Part shown: positions 9,699 through 22,939 of the stretch, one piece after another | Layout: every line of letters starts with the position of its first letter | How positions within the stretch are numbered: position 1 is the stretch's first letter | NCBI GenBank assembly: GCA_050949045.1 | Contig: JBMNEZ010000001.1 | Location: forward strand, 704,001 to 768,000 | From: Candidatus Izemoplasmatales bacterium | Lineage (GTDB): Bacteria > Bacillota_I > Bacilli_A > Izemoplasmatales > Hujiaoplasmataceae | Direction of reading: 5' to 3' | Length of the DNA stretch: 64,000 bases | Position numbers and translations under genes: made by a program | The notes under the pieces: model-generated | Told to the model about the DNA's origin: nothing | Seen by the model: only the letters and a program-made list of their open reading frames with translations | The model's database searches: none

Positions 9699-11528
9699 CT
9701 ATTCATCATCAAGCGACAAGACAGCCATGAAAGCCGACTGGGGGATTTCAACGGCTCCCACCGCTTTCATCCGCTTCTTGCCAAGTTTTTGTTTCTCCAA
9801 CAGTTTCTTCTTGCGACTGACATCGCCGCCATAACACTTGGCGAGCACATCCTTGCGCAAAGCCTTGATATTGGTTCTGGCGATGACTTTGGAACCGATG
9901 GCAGCCTGGATCGGGATTTCAAAGAGCTGTCTTGGAAGCAGTTGCTTCAACCGCTGACAAATCTTCAACGACCGCTGATAGGCAAAATCCTGATGCAAGA
10001 TCAAAGCAAGGGCGTCAACCAATTCTCCATTTATAAGAATATCAACCTTCACAAGTCGACTTTCGCGATAGCCGATTGGTTCGTAATCAAATGAAGCATA
10101 GCCCTTTGAACCGGATTTGAGCCGATTGAAAAAATCGAAGATGATCTCCGACAACGGCATCTCGTAGATGATCTCGACGCGAGAATCGCTGACATACTGC
10201 ATGTCTTTGAAAACGCCGCGCTTCAACTGACAGAGTTCCATGATGTTGCCAACGAAATCCTTTGGAGTGATGATGATCGCCCGGACATAGGGCTCCTCGA
10301 TCCGCTTGATTCTCTGGATTGGCGGCATCAGCGCCGGATTGTCGATCTCAATCACCGTGTTGTCGGTCAGGTGGACTTGATAATTCACAGACGGAGCCGT
10401 CGCGATGACGTTTTGTTTGAACTCCCGCTCGAGGCGTTCTTGGAAAATTTCCATATGAAGCAATCCGAGGAAGCCCGCACGGAAACCAAAACCGAGGGCT
10501 TCGGAGGATTCGGGCTCATAGATCAGCGACGCGTCGCTGAGTTTCAGTTTTTCGAGCGCTTCTTTCAGATCGCCGTAATCGTCGGCGTCAACGGGATAGA
10601 CGCCCGAATAGACCATCGGAGTAAGTTTCCGATAGCCGGGTAGGGGTTTGAGCGCGGGTTGTCCGCTTTTCGTGATCGTATCGCCGACATGGATTGTGTC
10701 GACATTCCTGATCGTGGCGGAGAGCCAACCGACGTCCCCCGGGCCAAGATACGGCCTCGATTCCTCCTTGGGGGTGTAAACGCCGATCTCGGTAACCTCA
10801 TATGTGGCTCCTGTCGCCATCATTCTGATCTCTTCACCGGTCTTGAGCACGCCATTGACGACTCGGATCAAGGGAATGACGCCCCGATAGGTATCATAAT
10901 ATGAATCAAAGATTAACGCCTGGAAGGGGGCTTCCGGATCACCATTCGGCGCCGGGATGCGCTCGCAGATTTCTTCGAGGATCTCCTTGATGCCGATCCC
11001 CTCCTTGGCGGATGCCAGGATCGCGTTCGAGGCATCGATGCCGATGACATCCTCGATCTCCTTTTTGACCCTTTCCGGATGTGAAGCCGGAAGATCGATT
11101 TTATTGATGACCGGAATGATCTCCAGGTTGTTGTCGAGTGCCAGATAGACGTTCGCCAGCGTCTGCGCCTCGATTCCCTGAGAGGCATCGACAACGAGAA
11201 TGGCGCCTTCGCAGGCGGCGAGAGAACGGGAGACCTCATAGGTGAAATCGACATGCCCCGGGGTGTCGATCAAATGAAAGATGTATTCTTCTTGGCTGTC
11301 GCTTAGATAATTGAGTTCGACCGAATTGAGTTTGATCGTGATTCCGCGCTCGCGTTCGAGATCCATCGAGTCGAGCAACTGGCTTTTCATTTCCCGCATG
11401 GAGACGGCGTTGGTGAGTTCGAGGATCCGGTCGGCAAGGGTCGACTTCCCATGATCGATATGAGCGATGATCGAAAAGTTGCGAATCCGCAACTGCCGTT
11501 TCCGGTATTGATCATAATTGTCGGTCAT
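9699..11528 (-). CDS. lepA: Elongation factor 4 (LepA)
   Basis: Motifs [22 protein letters not shown] and [18 protein letters not shown]. Start set at ATG 11528 after GGAGG. Confidence 0.98.
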   Translation of the reverse strand: MTDNYDQYRKRQLRIRNFSIIAHIDHGKSTLADRILELTNAVSMREMKSQLLDSMDLERERGITIKLNSVELNYLSDSQEEYIFHLIDTPGHVDFTYEVSRSLAACEGAILVVDASQGIEAQTLANVYLALDNNLEIIPVINKIDLPASHPERVKKEIEDVIGIDASNAILASAKEGIGIKEILEEICERIPAPNGDPEAPFQALIFDSYYDTYRGVIPLIRVVNGVLKTGEEIRMMATGATYEVTEIGVYTPKEESRPYLGPGDVGWLSATIRNVDTIHVGDTITKSGQPALKPLPGYRKLTPMVYSGVYPVDADDYGDLKEALEKLKLSDASLIYEPESSEALGFGFRAGFLGLLHMEIFQERLEREFKQNVIATAPSVNYQVHLTDNTVIEIDNPALMPPIQRIKRIEEPYVRAIIITPKDFVGNIMELCQLKRGVFKDMQYVSDSRVEIIYEMPLSEIIFDFFNRLKSGSKGYASFDYEPIGYRESRLVKVDILINGELVDALALILHQDFAYQRSLKICQRLKQLLPRQLFEIPIQAAIGSKVIARTNIKALRKDVLAKCYGGDVSRKKKLLEKQKLGKKRMKAVGAVEIPQSAFMAVLSLDDE

Positions 11529-11610
11529 GGTGTCAGCCTCCCTTCCCATTAATTTTACTATACCAAGCAAACCCTTTCAAGTTTTTTCTCCGGCAATGGG
11601 TTCCCTTGTC

Positions 11611-11641
11611 AATAAAAAAAGCATATCGGAATATGCTTTTT
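11611..11641. terminator. Terminator downstream of rnpB
   Basis: AAAAAGCATAT-CGGA-ATATGCTTTTT. Confidence 0.75.
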
Positions 11642-11645
11642 AGGA

Positions 11646-11993
11646 TCAGGCCATCTGTAAGCCATGTTCTGTACTCCCTTGCGGGAGCGACAATCATTTA
11701 TCTCCGGGACAAGCCCGGCGACAGACTCGGTTCGCTTCCCGTTCCGTCGTGCCCCTACCATAATTTGGGTTTCTAGCTTGTGGGGTTTACCGCGTTTCAG
11801 CCGTGCCTGTTCGGCACGATTCGTCTCTGTGGCACTTTACGGCTACTATGGCCTTTGACATCCAATTCGCCGCCGTCGCCATTTCTGGCGCCTAAACTTA
11901 TGGTTTCGTTTAGCACAATCACTACAGACATCACAGTCTGTGCTAGCATGGACTTTCCTAACGCCAAGGGCGCTCAATTGTCCGATGGCCTGA
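11646..11993 (-). ncRNA. rnpB: RNase P RNA, bacterial class B
   Basis: The minus strand carries AGGAAAGTCCATGC, AGTGCCACAG, GAAACGCGGTAAACCCC and ACAGAACATGGCTTAC. The terminal P1 helix is TCAGGCCATC/GATGGCCTGA. Confidence 0.96.
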
Positions 11994-12016
11994 CAACTCT
12001 ATTATACAACAAATTT

Positions 12017-14137
12017 CTACTTTATGGAATCAAGAACCGCTTTTCGCGACAGATCGACGCGGCCCTTGTCATCGACGCCGATGACTTTCACGGTGATGAT
12101 GTCGCCGAGTTTGACAACGTCTTCGACCTTGGCGATACGCTCTTTGGCTAGGTTACGGATATGGACAAGCCCATCCTGTCCCGCCCAAAGCTCCACGAAA
12201 GCGCCAAACTTTTCGATCCTTACGACTTTTCCCTGATAGATCTCGCCGACTTCGACTTCGCGGATGATGTCTTCGATCATTTTTGCGGCTTTCTCAATGA
12301 AGAAATTATCTTGATGCATGATCGTAACCCGGCCGTTTTGTTCGATGTCGATCTTGACATCGTTGCATTGTTCGATGATCGAACTGATCGTCTTTCCGCC
12401 ACTGCCGATGATTTCCCTGATCTTGTCGATGTGGACCATCATCATCTTGACCTTGGGAGCGTACTTGGAGAGCTCCGCTCTGCCCTTGGAAATGACGCTG
12501 TCCATGGCATCCAAAATCTCCATCCTGCCCTTGTTGGCTTGTTTCAAGGCTTCCTTGAAGATCTCCCTAGTGATACCTGAGATCTTGATGTCCATTTGTA
12601 ACGAACAAATCCCTTTCCGGGTGCCGGAAACTTTGAAATCCATATCGCCGAAATGATCCTCTAGACCCTGGATGTCAGTCAAGATTGTGTAATCGTTGCC
12701 TTTCTTCACAAGCCCCATCGCGATTCCCGCCACAGAAGCTTTAAGGGGGACGCCGGCCGCCATCAGCGCCAATGATCCGGCGCAGATCGTCGCCTGCGAA
12801 GATGAGCCGTTTGACTCTAAAATCTCAGAGACAACGCGGACGGTGTAGGGGAATTCCTCTTCCGAGGGCATTACTTGAAGCAAGGCTCTCTCGCCGAGAG
12901 CGCCATGTCCGATCTCCCGTCTCCCCGGTCCGCTGTAACGCCCGGTGGAACCGACGGAAAACTGCGGGAAGTTGTAGTGAAGCATGAAACGTTTGCCCTC
13001 TTCGATGGAAACGCCGTCGATGATCTGGGCTTCTCCGAGTGCTCCGAGGGTGACTGTGGCGAGCGCCTGGGTCTGACCTCTGGTAAACAGAGCCGACCCG
13101 TGAGTGCGTTCGAATAGGTCGATTTCGCAGGCAAGTGATCTCAACTCGTCAAGTTGACGGCCGTCCGGCCTGATTTTATCGACGGTGATCAGTCGCCTGA
13201 CCTCATCAACTTGGATTGTCTCCAGGACTTGGTTGACGAACATGATGTCGGTTTCGATCTCGTCCTTGTCACGGCCCATTTTTCGGAATTCTTCTTTGAG
13301 ATTTTCGCGGATTTCATCTTCAATCCCCTTGATCTTGGCTTGTCGCTCCAACTTATCCTTGGTCGAGACGGCTTTGACGATGCGACCGCGCTCGAGTTTG
13401 TAAACGGCATCCTTGATCGCTTCAGGAACGACTTGGAGTTCGATGGCGATTTTCTTTTTTCCAACCTTCTCGATGATCTCTTCCTCGAAGGCGATGATTT
13501 TCTTGATTTCCTCATGGGCAAACATGATGGCATCGAGGATGACTTCCTCGGCCACTTCCTTGGCGCCGGCTTCGACCATGTTGATGGCATCCTTGGTGCC
13601 TGCAACCGTCAAGTCGATCTCCGACAAAAGAAGTTCTTCCGCGGAGGGGTTGAGGATGAACTTTCCGTCGATCAGGCCGACGACAACGCCGGCTACCGGT
13701 CCGTCGAAGGGAATGCCGCCGATTCCGAGGGCAAGTGAAGAACCAATCAGCGATGCGATGTAAGGCGAACAATCGGGATTGACGGACATGACGGTGTTGA
13801 TGATTTGGACCTCATTGCGGAATCCTTCCGCAAACAAAGGTCTGAGCGGCCTGTCGATCGCTCTTGATGTTAAGATCTCTTTTTCAGTCGGCCGTCCTTC
13901 ACGTCTTAGAAAACCACCGGGAATCTTGCCCGCGGCGTAAAGTTTTTCCTGATACATGACCATCAAGGGGAAAAAGTCTTGGCTTGTTGGCTGATCCCCG
14001 ACGACAGCGACGCTTAATACAGCAGTGTCTTCATAGCGGACCAAGCAGGCTCCGGTCGCTTGTTTTGCCAGTTGTGAGGTTTCAATCTGAAGTTTCCTGC
14101 CATTCAGATCCATCACGAATACTTGTTTTTCACTCAT
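12017..14137 (-). CDS. pnp: Polyribonucleotide nucleotidyltransferase
   Basis: Motifs [27 protein letters not shown] and GDMDFKV, followed by KH and S1 domains. Confidence 0.98.
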   Translation of the reverse strand: MSEKQVFVMDLNGRKLQIETSQLAKQATGACLVRYEDTAVLSVAVVGDQPTSQDFFPLMVMYQEKLYAAGKIPGGFLRREGRPTEKEILTSRAIDRPLRPLFAEGFRNEVQIINTVMSVNPDCSPYIASLIGSSLALGIGGIPFDGPVAGVVVGLIDGKFILNPSAEELLLSEIDLTVAGTKDAINMVEAGAKEVAEEVILDAIMFAHEEIKKIIAFEEEIIEKVGKKKIAIELQVVPEAIKDAVYKLERGRIVKAVSTKDKLERQAKIKGIEDEIRENLKEEFRKMGRDKDEIETDIMFVNQVLETIQVDEVRRLITVDKIRPDGRQLDELRSLACEIDLFERTHGSALFTRGQTQALATVTLGALGEAQIIDGVSIEEGKRFMLHYNFPQFSVGSTGRYSGPGRREIGHGALGERALLQVMPSEEEFPYTVRVVSEILESNGSSSQATICAGSLALMAAGVPLKASVAGIAMGLVKKGNDYTILTDIQGLEDHFGDMDFKVSGTRKGICSLQMDIKISGITREIFKEALKQANKGRMEILDAMDSVISKGRAELSKYAPKVKMMMVHIDKIREIIGSGGKTISSIIEQCNDVKIDIEQNGRVTIMHQDNFFIEKAAKMIEDIIREVEVGEIYQGKVVRIEKFGAFVELWAGQDGLVHIRNLAKERIAKVEDVVKLGDIITVKVIGVDDKGRVDLSRKAVLDSIK

Positions 14138-14258
14138 ATGTTTTTCCTCATTTCTCGTTAGAAAATGAATCTAAGAATAATCATTACACAAATTCTTGAA
14201 TCTGTTTTCTTTTTAAAAAGAACAAGCACCCGTGATGATGGGTGCTCAGATGGTGATA

Positions 14259-14528
14259 CTAGCGGCGTAATCCGAGTTTCTTGATCAAGGTGCGATAGCG
14301 TTCGATTGATACCGATTGCAGGTACTTGAGAAGCGATCTCCGTTTCCCAACCTTTATCAGCAAGCCGCGACGCGAATGAAAATCATGCTTGTGCGTGAGC
14401 AGGTGCTCGTTAAGCGTGTTGATCTCCTCGGTAAGAAGTGCGATCTGAATCTCAGGAGAACCGGTGTCTCCTTCTTTTATGCCGTATTCAGCGACGATTT
14501 CCTTGATTCGTTCCTTAGTCAAAGCCAT
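14259..14528 (-). CDS. rpsO: 30S ribosomal protein S15
   Basis: Motifs [13 protein letters not shown] and [12 protein letters not shown] at 14528 after GGAGG. Confidence 0.98.
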   Translation of the reverse strand: MALTKERIKEIVAEYGIKEGDTGSPEIQIALLTEEINTLNEHLLTHKHDFHSRRGLLIKVGKRRSLLKYLQSVSIERYRTLIKKLGLRR

Positions 14529-14605
14529 CTTTTTCTCCTCCAACGTTATGACTTACCCAGATCCGCAATCAACGTCGGAGATTCGTTGATTCCAGATTTG
14601 GGCGC
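14529..14605 (-). promoter_or_regulatory. Putative S15 autoregulatory leader RNA
   Basis: Nested stems CCCAAATCTG/GGATCTGGG and AATCAACG/CGTTGATT around GAATCTCCGA. They lie between a TGnTATAAT promoter (14612-14620) and the rpsO RBS. Confidence 0.65.
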
Positions 14606-14685
14606 GGTATGATTATATCACAGGGTATCGACATATGCAAGAAATATTTACCTTCAAAACGGGTATTTCCGATGACCAGTGATAA

Positions 14686-15147
14686 TCAGATCGAGTTGAT
14701 CAGGGCGATAAAATCCCTTTCCATTTTTTGCGAACCCCAAGGCTCATCTCCATGATAGTCGCCAAGAATCTCGAGCGCATCATAATCCTTCTGCCAAACA
14801 TATGCCAACGAAGAAACAGAGGAGAGCATCGGCTGTTCTTTGTCAACTATTTCAATCTTGTAGTAATGACAGACATAGGATCGCTTTGGAAAATGTTCAT
14901 GCAAGGAAACCGACTTGATCGCAGCGCTGATCTCAACTTTCAAACTGTTAGCTAGTGAAGCGAGCGCCAAATCGCGATCGGGTTCCCGATAATAGGCGAT
15001 TCGGGGAAACAAATATGTGTTATTCTTTGGATCATGCAGCAACAATACCCGACCTTCTTTAACGACAATCAAGGAAACCGCATAGAACAACTGATTGAAT
15101 TTCACGTCCTTGGGTCTCAGATTGTCAGCGTAGATCTCAATGATCAT
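14686..15147 (-). CDS. Hypothetical protein, Nudix-fold-like with a degenerate Nudix box
   Basis: AVSLIVVKEGRVLLL...YLFP resembles a Nudix N-terminus, but there is no GX5EX7REUXEE motif. Overlaps the upstream gene. Confidence 0.6.
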   Translation of the reverse strand: MIIEIYADNLRPKDVKFNQLFYAVSLIVVKEGRVLLLHDPKNNTYLFPRIAYYREPDRDLALASLANSLKVEISAAIKSVSLHEHFPKRSYVCHYYKIEIVDKEQPMLSSVSSLAYVWQKDYDALEILGDYHGDEPWGSQKMERDFIALINSI

Positions 15148-15787
15148 GTTTCTCCTCCAATAAGTAATTGACCGGCCTTTTTAACAAATCGATGAAAAAA
15201 CCGATAGTGGCAGTAAAGATGATGGTCGTCGGTCCGATGAAAAACCACTGTTCTTGGTGATGGAAGGCAAGGCCGACGATCACCGTCAGGAAAAGCGCGA
15301 GCACCTCACCGATCAGCTTGCCGGTGCCGAAGCTCACTTTGAAGCGTTTGGCAAGGGCGTTGCAGAAGGCGTCAAGGGCCGGCAGGGGATACTTGCAGTA
15401 GATTATCAAGTTCAGTCCGACGGCACAAACAATCAAAGCCAGAAGCAGATAAAGAAGATTGATGACCAGTCCCGCTTCTGTGACCGAGGGGATTACAAGT
15501 AACAAGCCGTCGATGACAAAGCCGATATAAAAACTGACGCCAATGGGAAAAAGAAACAACCAGTCGGGCCGCTTCCAATCAATCAAATAGGCGAGACTGA
15601 TCAAGACCAAGGCAAAAATCGGCGTCAGATATTTGTATTCAATCGGAACTCCTTCATGGAAATTCCGGTTCAGCGCATCCCAACTGCTCATCCCCAGGTT
15701 GGTCTTATGGATCAGGGTGACAGTGAGTCCAAGCAGACTCAGTCCAAAGAGGTACAGGAGCGGTTTCATAATTTTCGATTTTTTCAT
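15137..15787 (-). CDS. YczE/YyaS/YitT-family membrane protein
   Basis: Motifs LGMSSWDAL, LPALDAF and IGPTTII, with several hydrophobic helices. Confidence 0.75.
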   Translation of the reverse strand: MKKSKIMKPLLYLFGLSLLGLTVTLIHKTNLGMSSWDALNRNFHEGVPIEYKYLTPIFALVLISLAYLIDWKRPDWLFLFPIGVSFYIGFVIDGLLLVIPSVTEAGLVINLLYLLLALIVCAVGLNLIIYCKYPLPALDAFCNALAKRFKVSFGTGKLIGEVLALFLTVIVGLAFHHQEQWFFIGPTTIIFTATIGFFIDLLKRPVNYLLEEKHDH

Positions 15788-16024
15788 GATTCACCAACGA
15801 TCATCTGAGTCACCCCAGTCACAAGATAGGCAATCCGCAAAAACTTTGGCGCCAGTCGAACAGCTTCATAAAGGATCAAATTACAAAGAGAGCAATCTTG
15901 CATGCAAAAGTTGCCGGCCGTTTGAGATAACGAAAAACTTCTTGGACTATCGGATCGATTTCTGCCAGATGTCCGCTCTCGTTTTATCTCCTGTAATTAT
16001 ATCACATGAATACTCATCGCAAAC

Positions 16025-16052
16025 AAAAAAGGGGCGCAACAAGGCGCGCCCC
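16025..16052 (-). terminator. Terminator after lon
   Basis: GGGGCGC...GCGCCCC stem plus a U tract on the minus strand. Confidence 0.75.
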
Positions 16053-18374
<2,322 letters not shown>

Positions 18375-18526
18375 TGGAATCACCTCTTCAGCGCATATTC
18401 TTCCGTATCTATTTTATCATAAGTCCAATTTTTTTTCCAACTGATATCATCCCGATATGAAAAAAAGAATCCCAACCATTGATCCGGCTCAGCGCCTTGG
18501 TATAGGATTCCCTTCATCTCAACTAT

Positions 18527-19825
18527 TCATTCACGAATTATGTTGGCTTTTTCAACTAGAAGATCGACTGCTTTCTTATGGGTTATTTCTTCGATGATCG
18601 CGCTTTTCGGAATCGCCTGACGGACCTGTTCGACGGTGATGTTTTGCGAGGAATACTGTTCGCTGATCTCTTGATATTTTTTCTCGATTTCGTCTTTTGT
18701 CGCTTCAAGTTTCTCTTTCTTGGCGATCGCTTCGATCACCAGCTGCTGGCGCAGCGTCTTTTCGGCTTGCATCTCGAGTTCCCGCAGATAATCTTCTTCC
18801 GTTTTGCCAAGATACTGCAAATAGATTTTAAAATCGAGATTATATTGTTTGATCTGCCGGCGGTTCTGATCGTCAAGGCGGGATGCCTCTTCCTTGATCA
18901 TTTCCTCGGGAATCTCAAAGAATGCTTTTTCGGTGGCGGCTTCAATCACCGAATTCAGGATATGGTTCTTTGATTGTATTTGTTTTTGCCTGTCCATATC
19001 GGTTTTGAGATAGGTTTGATATTCTTTGATCGTAGAAACATTCTCAATGCCGAGTTCCTTGACAAAGTCGTCTGTCAATTCCGGGACCACCCGCGTTTTG
19101 ATCTCATGGAGGGTGACTTTAAAGACAGCTTCCTTGCCTGCGAGCGATTGTTCGTGGTAGTCTTTGGGGAATGTGACCTTGACATCCTTGGTCGACTCGG
19201 GAGTCATGCCGATCATCTGATCTTCAAAACCGGGAATGAACCCGCCCGAACCGATGACGAGTTCATGGTTTTCAGCGGAGCCTCCCTCAAAGGGAACACC
19301 ATCGATGGTGCCGAGGAAATCAAAAACCGCAGTGTCGTTGTTTTCAAGAGTTCCGCTCTCTTTAAGAACCATTTCGGCGTTGCGTTCGCGCTCTTGATCG
19401 ATCCTGAGGCCAAGTTCCGCCTCGGTCACCGTTTCAGGCAACGCCTTGACTTCGAGATTAAGGTATTCGCCGAGTTGGACTTCTGGTTTCACGGCAACGG
19501 TAACCTTGTAGGTGAAATCCTCGCCACGCTTGACCGAAGCGACATCAAGATCGATTTTCGGTTGGCTGACAACTTCGATGTTGTTTTCAATCACGGCTTC
19601 GTAGTAGCTCTCTTGGAGCGCATGCTTGATAGCTTCCTCATACAGTGACTCGACTCCAAATCTGGCCTCATAGACTGTTCGGGGCGCTTTGCCTTTGCGA
19701 AAACCCTTGATCTCGACTTTCTTGATTACTTCTTGAAAAGCATGGTCGAGAGAGTGCTCGAACAATGTTTTGGTGACAGTGACTTCAAAATGAACACGCG
19801 AGCCGCTGAGCTTGTCGACAATCAT
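18527..19825 (-). CDS. tig: Trigger factor
   Basis: GFRKGKAP signature and the FKBP segment FIPGFEDQMIG. Confidence 0.97.
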   Translation of the reverse strand: MIVDKLSGSRVHFEVTVTKTLFEHSLDHAFQEVIKKVEIKGFRKGKAPRTVYEARFGVESLYEEAIKHALQESYYEAVIENNIEVVSQPKIDLDVASVKRGEDFTYKVTVAVKPEVQLGEYLNLEVKALPETVTEAELGLRIDQERERNAEMVLKESGTLENNDTAVFDFLGTIDGVPFEGGSAENHELVIGSGGFIPGFEDQMIGMTPESTKDVKVTFPKDYHEQSLAGKEAVFKVTLHEIKTRVVPELTDDFVKELGIENVSTIKEYQTYLKTDMDRQKQIQSKNHILNSVIEAATEKAFFEIPEEMIKEEASRLDDQNRRQIKQYNLDFKIYLQYLGKTEEDYLRELEMQAEKTLRQQLVIEAIAKKEKLEATKDEIEKKYQEISEQYSSQNITVEQVRQAIPKSAIIEEITHKKAVDLLVEKANIIRE

Positions 19826-19901
19826 CTTTAATCCTCCGCTTGTAGTAATTCACTCGTAACATTATAACAAACCATCTTTACAAAAGCAATCTTTTTACTC
19901 C

Positions 19902-20816
19902 CTAGAAAACTTTTTCAAACAGTGTCTTGAGCCGGGATGGCATCCGCTTGACGGAAGTCGCCAAGACCCCCGGCAACAAGGTGACCGCTTCCGCGAAAGC
20001 GAGCTTGCGGATTTTGTTTCGCGGGACACCCTTGAGGTTCATGAAGAGAAAATTGCGACAGATGATGCCGACGCGAAGTGCAAGCAGAGCATTGCCGACA
20101 CCTTGCGCTAATGAACCGAGGATGGTTTTCAAAAACGGTAGCTCCGTCAAGGCGTTGATCCCTTTGGCGGGAAAGAGTTCGTTGAAATTGATTTCTTCCA
20201 GATTTTCAGCGATGATCGCCGATGTCAACACATTGAACGAAAGCCGCCCCAAGGCGGGATAAGATGGTCTGAAACCGCATTTCAAGACCAGTTCTTTGAT
20301 CAATTTCAGATTGATGACAAAGACGGCGATCGCGTCCAGACGGCCATTTTGACTGATCGCTGTCGACAAAAAGACACTCTCGGCATTCTCGATGATGATC
20401 TTGTTCAGTTCCTTTTTGATCGTCGTGTCGAAAATCGTTCCGAGCGAGGCTTTCAAGGCGAGCGCATCATCCTGGCTAGCTATGAGCGAAGCTTTTTCAT
20501 CTTCAGACAGAAAATCCTCGCTTGCGAGGTTTTTGGCAACTCTGCGATACATTTGGAAGTTCTTTCTGGCATTCTCTTCCTCGGTGAACAGGCTGTCCAT
20601 CGAAAAAGTTGGCGAAAATATAATCAAAAACAACGGCCTTAAAACCAGAAGAACAAACAAGACCGCGACGATCAGGTAGAACCCATACGCCACGAACGGA
20701 TGGATTATCTTAAGCCTTTCCCCCAATTGCAAAGTGCTCGACACAATAACGAGAATCGCGAAAAAAATAGCTCCGATTCCGATGGTGATCCAAAATGCCT
20801 TACCGATTTTTTTCAT
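19902..20816 (-). CDS. YcjF/DUF697-like membrane protein
   Basis: Two N-terminal TM helices, then TAISQNGRLD, GFRP and QGVGNALLALRVG. Confidence 0.7.
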   Translation of the reverse strand: MKKIGKAFWITIGIGAIFFAILVIVSSTLQLGERLKIIHPFVAYGFYLIVAVLFVLLVLRPLFLIIFSPTFSMDSLFTEEENARKNFQMYRRVAKNLASEDFLSEDEKASLIASQDDALALKASLGTIFDTTIKKELNKIIIENAESVFLSTAISQNGRLDAIAVFVINLKLIKELVLKCGFRPSYPALGRLSFNVLTSAIIAENLEEINFNELFPAKGINALTELPFLKTILGSLAQGVGNALLALRVGIICRNFLFMNLKGVPRNKIRKLAFAEAVTLLPGVLATSVKRMPSRLKTLFEKVF

Positions 20817-21727
20817 AATTTCCTCCTGGATTTGATGATGTCTTTGACTGTCTGTTCATCTTTTTGCAGTTGAAGAATCAATTTATCTTTTGCAGGGAAG
20901 CCGATCTCTTCCCTGAGAAAACGTTCAAAACTGATCTCGACCTCTTCGTCGTATAATTGTCCGGTAATTCCAAACACATGGGTTTCAAGAGAGATGATGT
21001 CATTTCCGAAAGTCGGATTACATCCGACGTTTGTCATTGAATCGTAGATCAAGCCGTGAATCCGGATCAGGGTATGATAGACACCGATCTTGGGCAAAAA
21101 ATAGCCGTCATAGTCGATATTGGCGGTGGGATAACCGAGGCTCTTGCCTCTGCCCTTACCTGGGATCACCCGTCCCCTAATCGTATATTTGTATCCGAGC
21201 AGCCGATTCGCCAGTCCAATTCGGCCTGACAAAAGCGCTTCTCTAATTCTCCGGGAACCGATCTTTTTACCATAATATTGCATTTCATCGACGACTACTG
21301 TCTTGCTTGGAAATTTTTTCTTTAGAAAATCGACGTTCCCACTCGCGTTCTTACCGAAGGTATAGTCATAACCGACGATTAGTTTATGAGAATCCTGCAA
21401 AAACCTGTCGCTGAATACCTCTGCCGGTAAACCAGCGAGATCGTCATCGACCTCAAGAATGAAACAATAATCAAATCCGACGGTCCTGGCTATGTTGATT
21501 TTGTCTTCAAGCCGTGTGAGAGCATCGTATTTTTGTTTTTTGATATGGGCTAAGATGCTTGAGGAAAAAGTCATGATTCCCGTTTTGGCTCCACTCGATC
21601 TGCCCAGATCGAGCGTGACTTCAAACAAGCGTCGATGGGCGGGATGCATCCCGTCAAAGAAGCCTAGGCAAAGGCAAAGGCCGGCAACAGGCAGGCGGTC
21701 AGTTGCCTTCAAATGGATAATCATCAT
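20813..21727 (-). CDS. ribF: Bifunctional riboflavin kinase/FAD synthetase
   Basis: Motifs GFFDGMH, VGYDYTFG, GYPTANI, NVGCNPTF and ETHVF. Follows truB. Confidence 0.93.
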   Translation of the reverse strand: MMIIHLKATDRLPVAGLCLCLGFFDGMHPAHRRLFEVTLDLGRSSGAKTGIMTFSSSILAHIKKQKYDALTRLEDKINIARTVGFDYCFILEVDDDLAGLPAEVFSDRFLQDSHKLIVGYDYTFGKNASGNVDFLKKKFPSKTVVVDEMQYYGKKIGSRRIREALLSGRIGLANRLLGYKYTIRGRVIPGKGRGKSLGYPTANIDYDGYFLPKIGVYHTLIRIHGLIYDSMTNVGCNPTFGNDIISLETHVFGITGQLYDEEVEISFERFLREEIGFPAKDKLILQLQKDEQTVKDIIKSRRKL

Positions 21728-22632
21728 ACTAGTTTCACTGACATTCTCATCTTGTCCTTCTCCTCGTCATAACGATAAATCGCTATCGGCTGTTTCTGCT
21801 CATCAAAGATGATGGTTTCCGTTGGAAACGAAAACAGTGTTTTTGGCAATGGAGTGCCGTTGAGGACGGCTTTAATATGTTCATGTCCCAATATTATAGA
21901 AGGCATTTCGAGGGTTTTGAGCGGATCTTGAAAGGCGAAGCTTCCCTGTTCGAGATCAATGAGGGATATGGCATCCGCAACATCGAGTCCGCCTACTTTG
22001 GTCCTTCTGAGCGCTACGAGCGTGCCGCAGGTTTCAAGAATTTTGCCAAGATCACGTGCCAACGCCCTGATGTAGGTTCCCTTAGAGACTTTACAGGAAA
22101 AATTGACGAAGATGAGGCGTTTCTGTTCATCTCTTTGGGTCGTTACGCCTTCGATCGCGTAGATCTCGATCTCTCGAGGCGAGAGTTCCGGCAGAGGCAG
22201 GTTTTGACGGGCGTACTCGTAGAGTTTTTTTCCTTTGACTTTGATGGCGGAGTAAGAGGGTGGAAGTTGCTGGCTCTTGCCGACAAAACCGGCCAGTTTA
22301 TTCGTTATTTCGGAATCGCTTATCCAGAGTGGATCAGCGGTCGCTACTGTATTCCCCATGATATCATCGGTATCGGTTCCGATGCCGAGAACAGCCTGAG
22401 CCTGATAGGTTTTTGTCAAGGCGGTGAGGTATTTGATCAGTTTGGTCGCTTTTCCGACACAAAGGACCAACAATCCGCTCGCAAGTGGATCCAAGGTCCC
22501 TGTATGACCGATCTTTTTGTTGTTCAGTGCTTTTCTCGCTTTAAAAACGATGTCGTGGCTTGTTAGGCCGGACGGCTTGTCGATAAGCAAGAGGCCCCCT
22601 TGTTCAAGGGTTTTGGTCCGATCAGATCGCAT
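21724..22632 (-). CDS. truB: tRNA pseudouridine(55) synthase
   Basis: Motifs IDKPSGLTSHD, GHTGTLDPLASG and SKGTYIRAL. Start codon uncertain. Confidence 0.96.
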   Translation of the reverse strand: MRSDRTKTLEQGGLLLIDKPSGLTSHDIVFKARKALNNKKIGHTGTLDPLASGLLVLCVGKATKLIKYLTALTKTYQAQAVLGIGTDTDDIMGNTVATADPLWISDSEITNKLAGFVGKSQQLPPSYSAIKVKGKKLYEYARQNLPLPELSPREIEIYAIEGVTTQRDEQKRLIFVNFSCKVSKGTYIRALARDLGKILETCGTLVALRRTKVGGLDVADAISLIDLEQGSFAFQDPLKTLEMPSIILGHEHIKAVLNGTPLPKTLFSFPTETIIFDEQKQPIAIYRYDEEKDKMRMSVKLV

Positions 22633-22927
22633 TGTTGTCAAGTATCCATTGGCGAATTTCCGCTTTTGTCAGCGAGCCGCCGATTCTGCCTATTTCCACA
22701 CCATCATTAGTGATGACGATGATGGGAACACCTTGAATGCAAAAATTCTTCGAAACTAACGGTGAAGATTCGATATCGACGAGAACGCCCTGAAAACCCA
22801 TTTCTTTCTCCAGTTCGCAGAGATATTTGGTAACATTTCGACAAGTCCCGCACCAGCGCGCATAAAACTCGATCACAAAGACGCCATATGCCAAATCAAA
22901 ATCTGGATCTTGATGCAACGATATCAT
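22622..22927 (-). CDS. Thioredoxin-family protein
   Basis: FYARWCGTC active site and GVP cis-proline motif; 101 aa. Confidence 0.85.
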   Translation of the reverse strand: MISLHQDPDFDLAYGVFVIEFYARWCGTCRNVTKYLCELEKEMGFQGVLVDIESSPLVSKNFCIQGVPIIVITNDGVEIGRIGGSLTKAEIRQWILDNNAI

Positions 22928-22939
22928 CTGTTCAACTCC

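Noticed and set aside
11664..12151. Track ORFs 11664-11858 and 11780-12151 on the + strand
   Set aside because: They are antisense to the RNase P RNA and pnp, so they are spurious.
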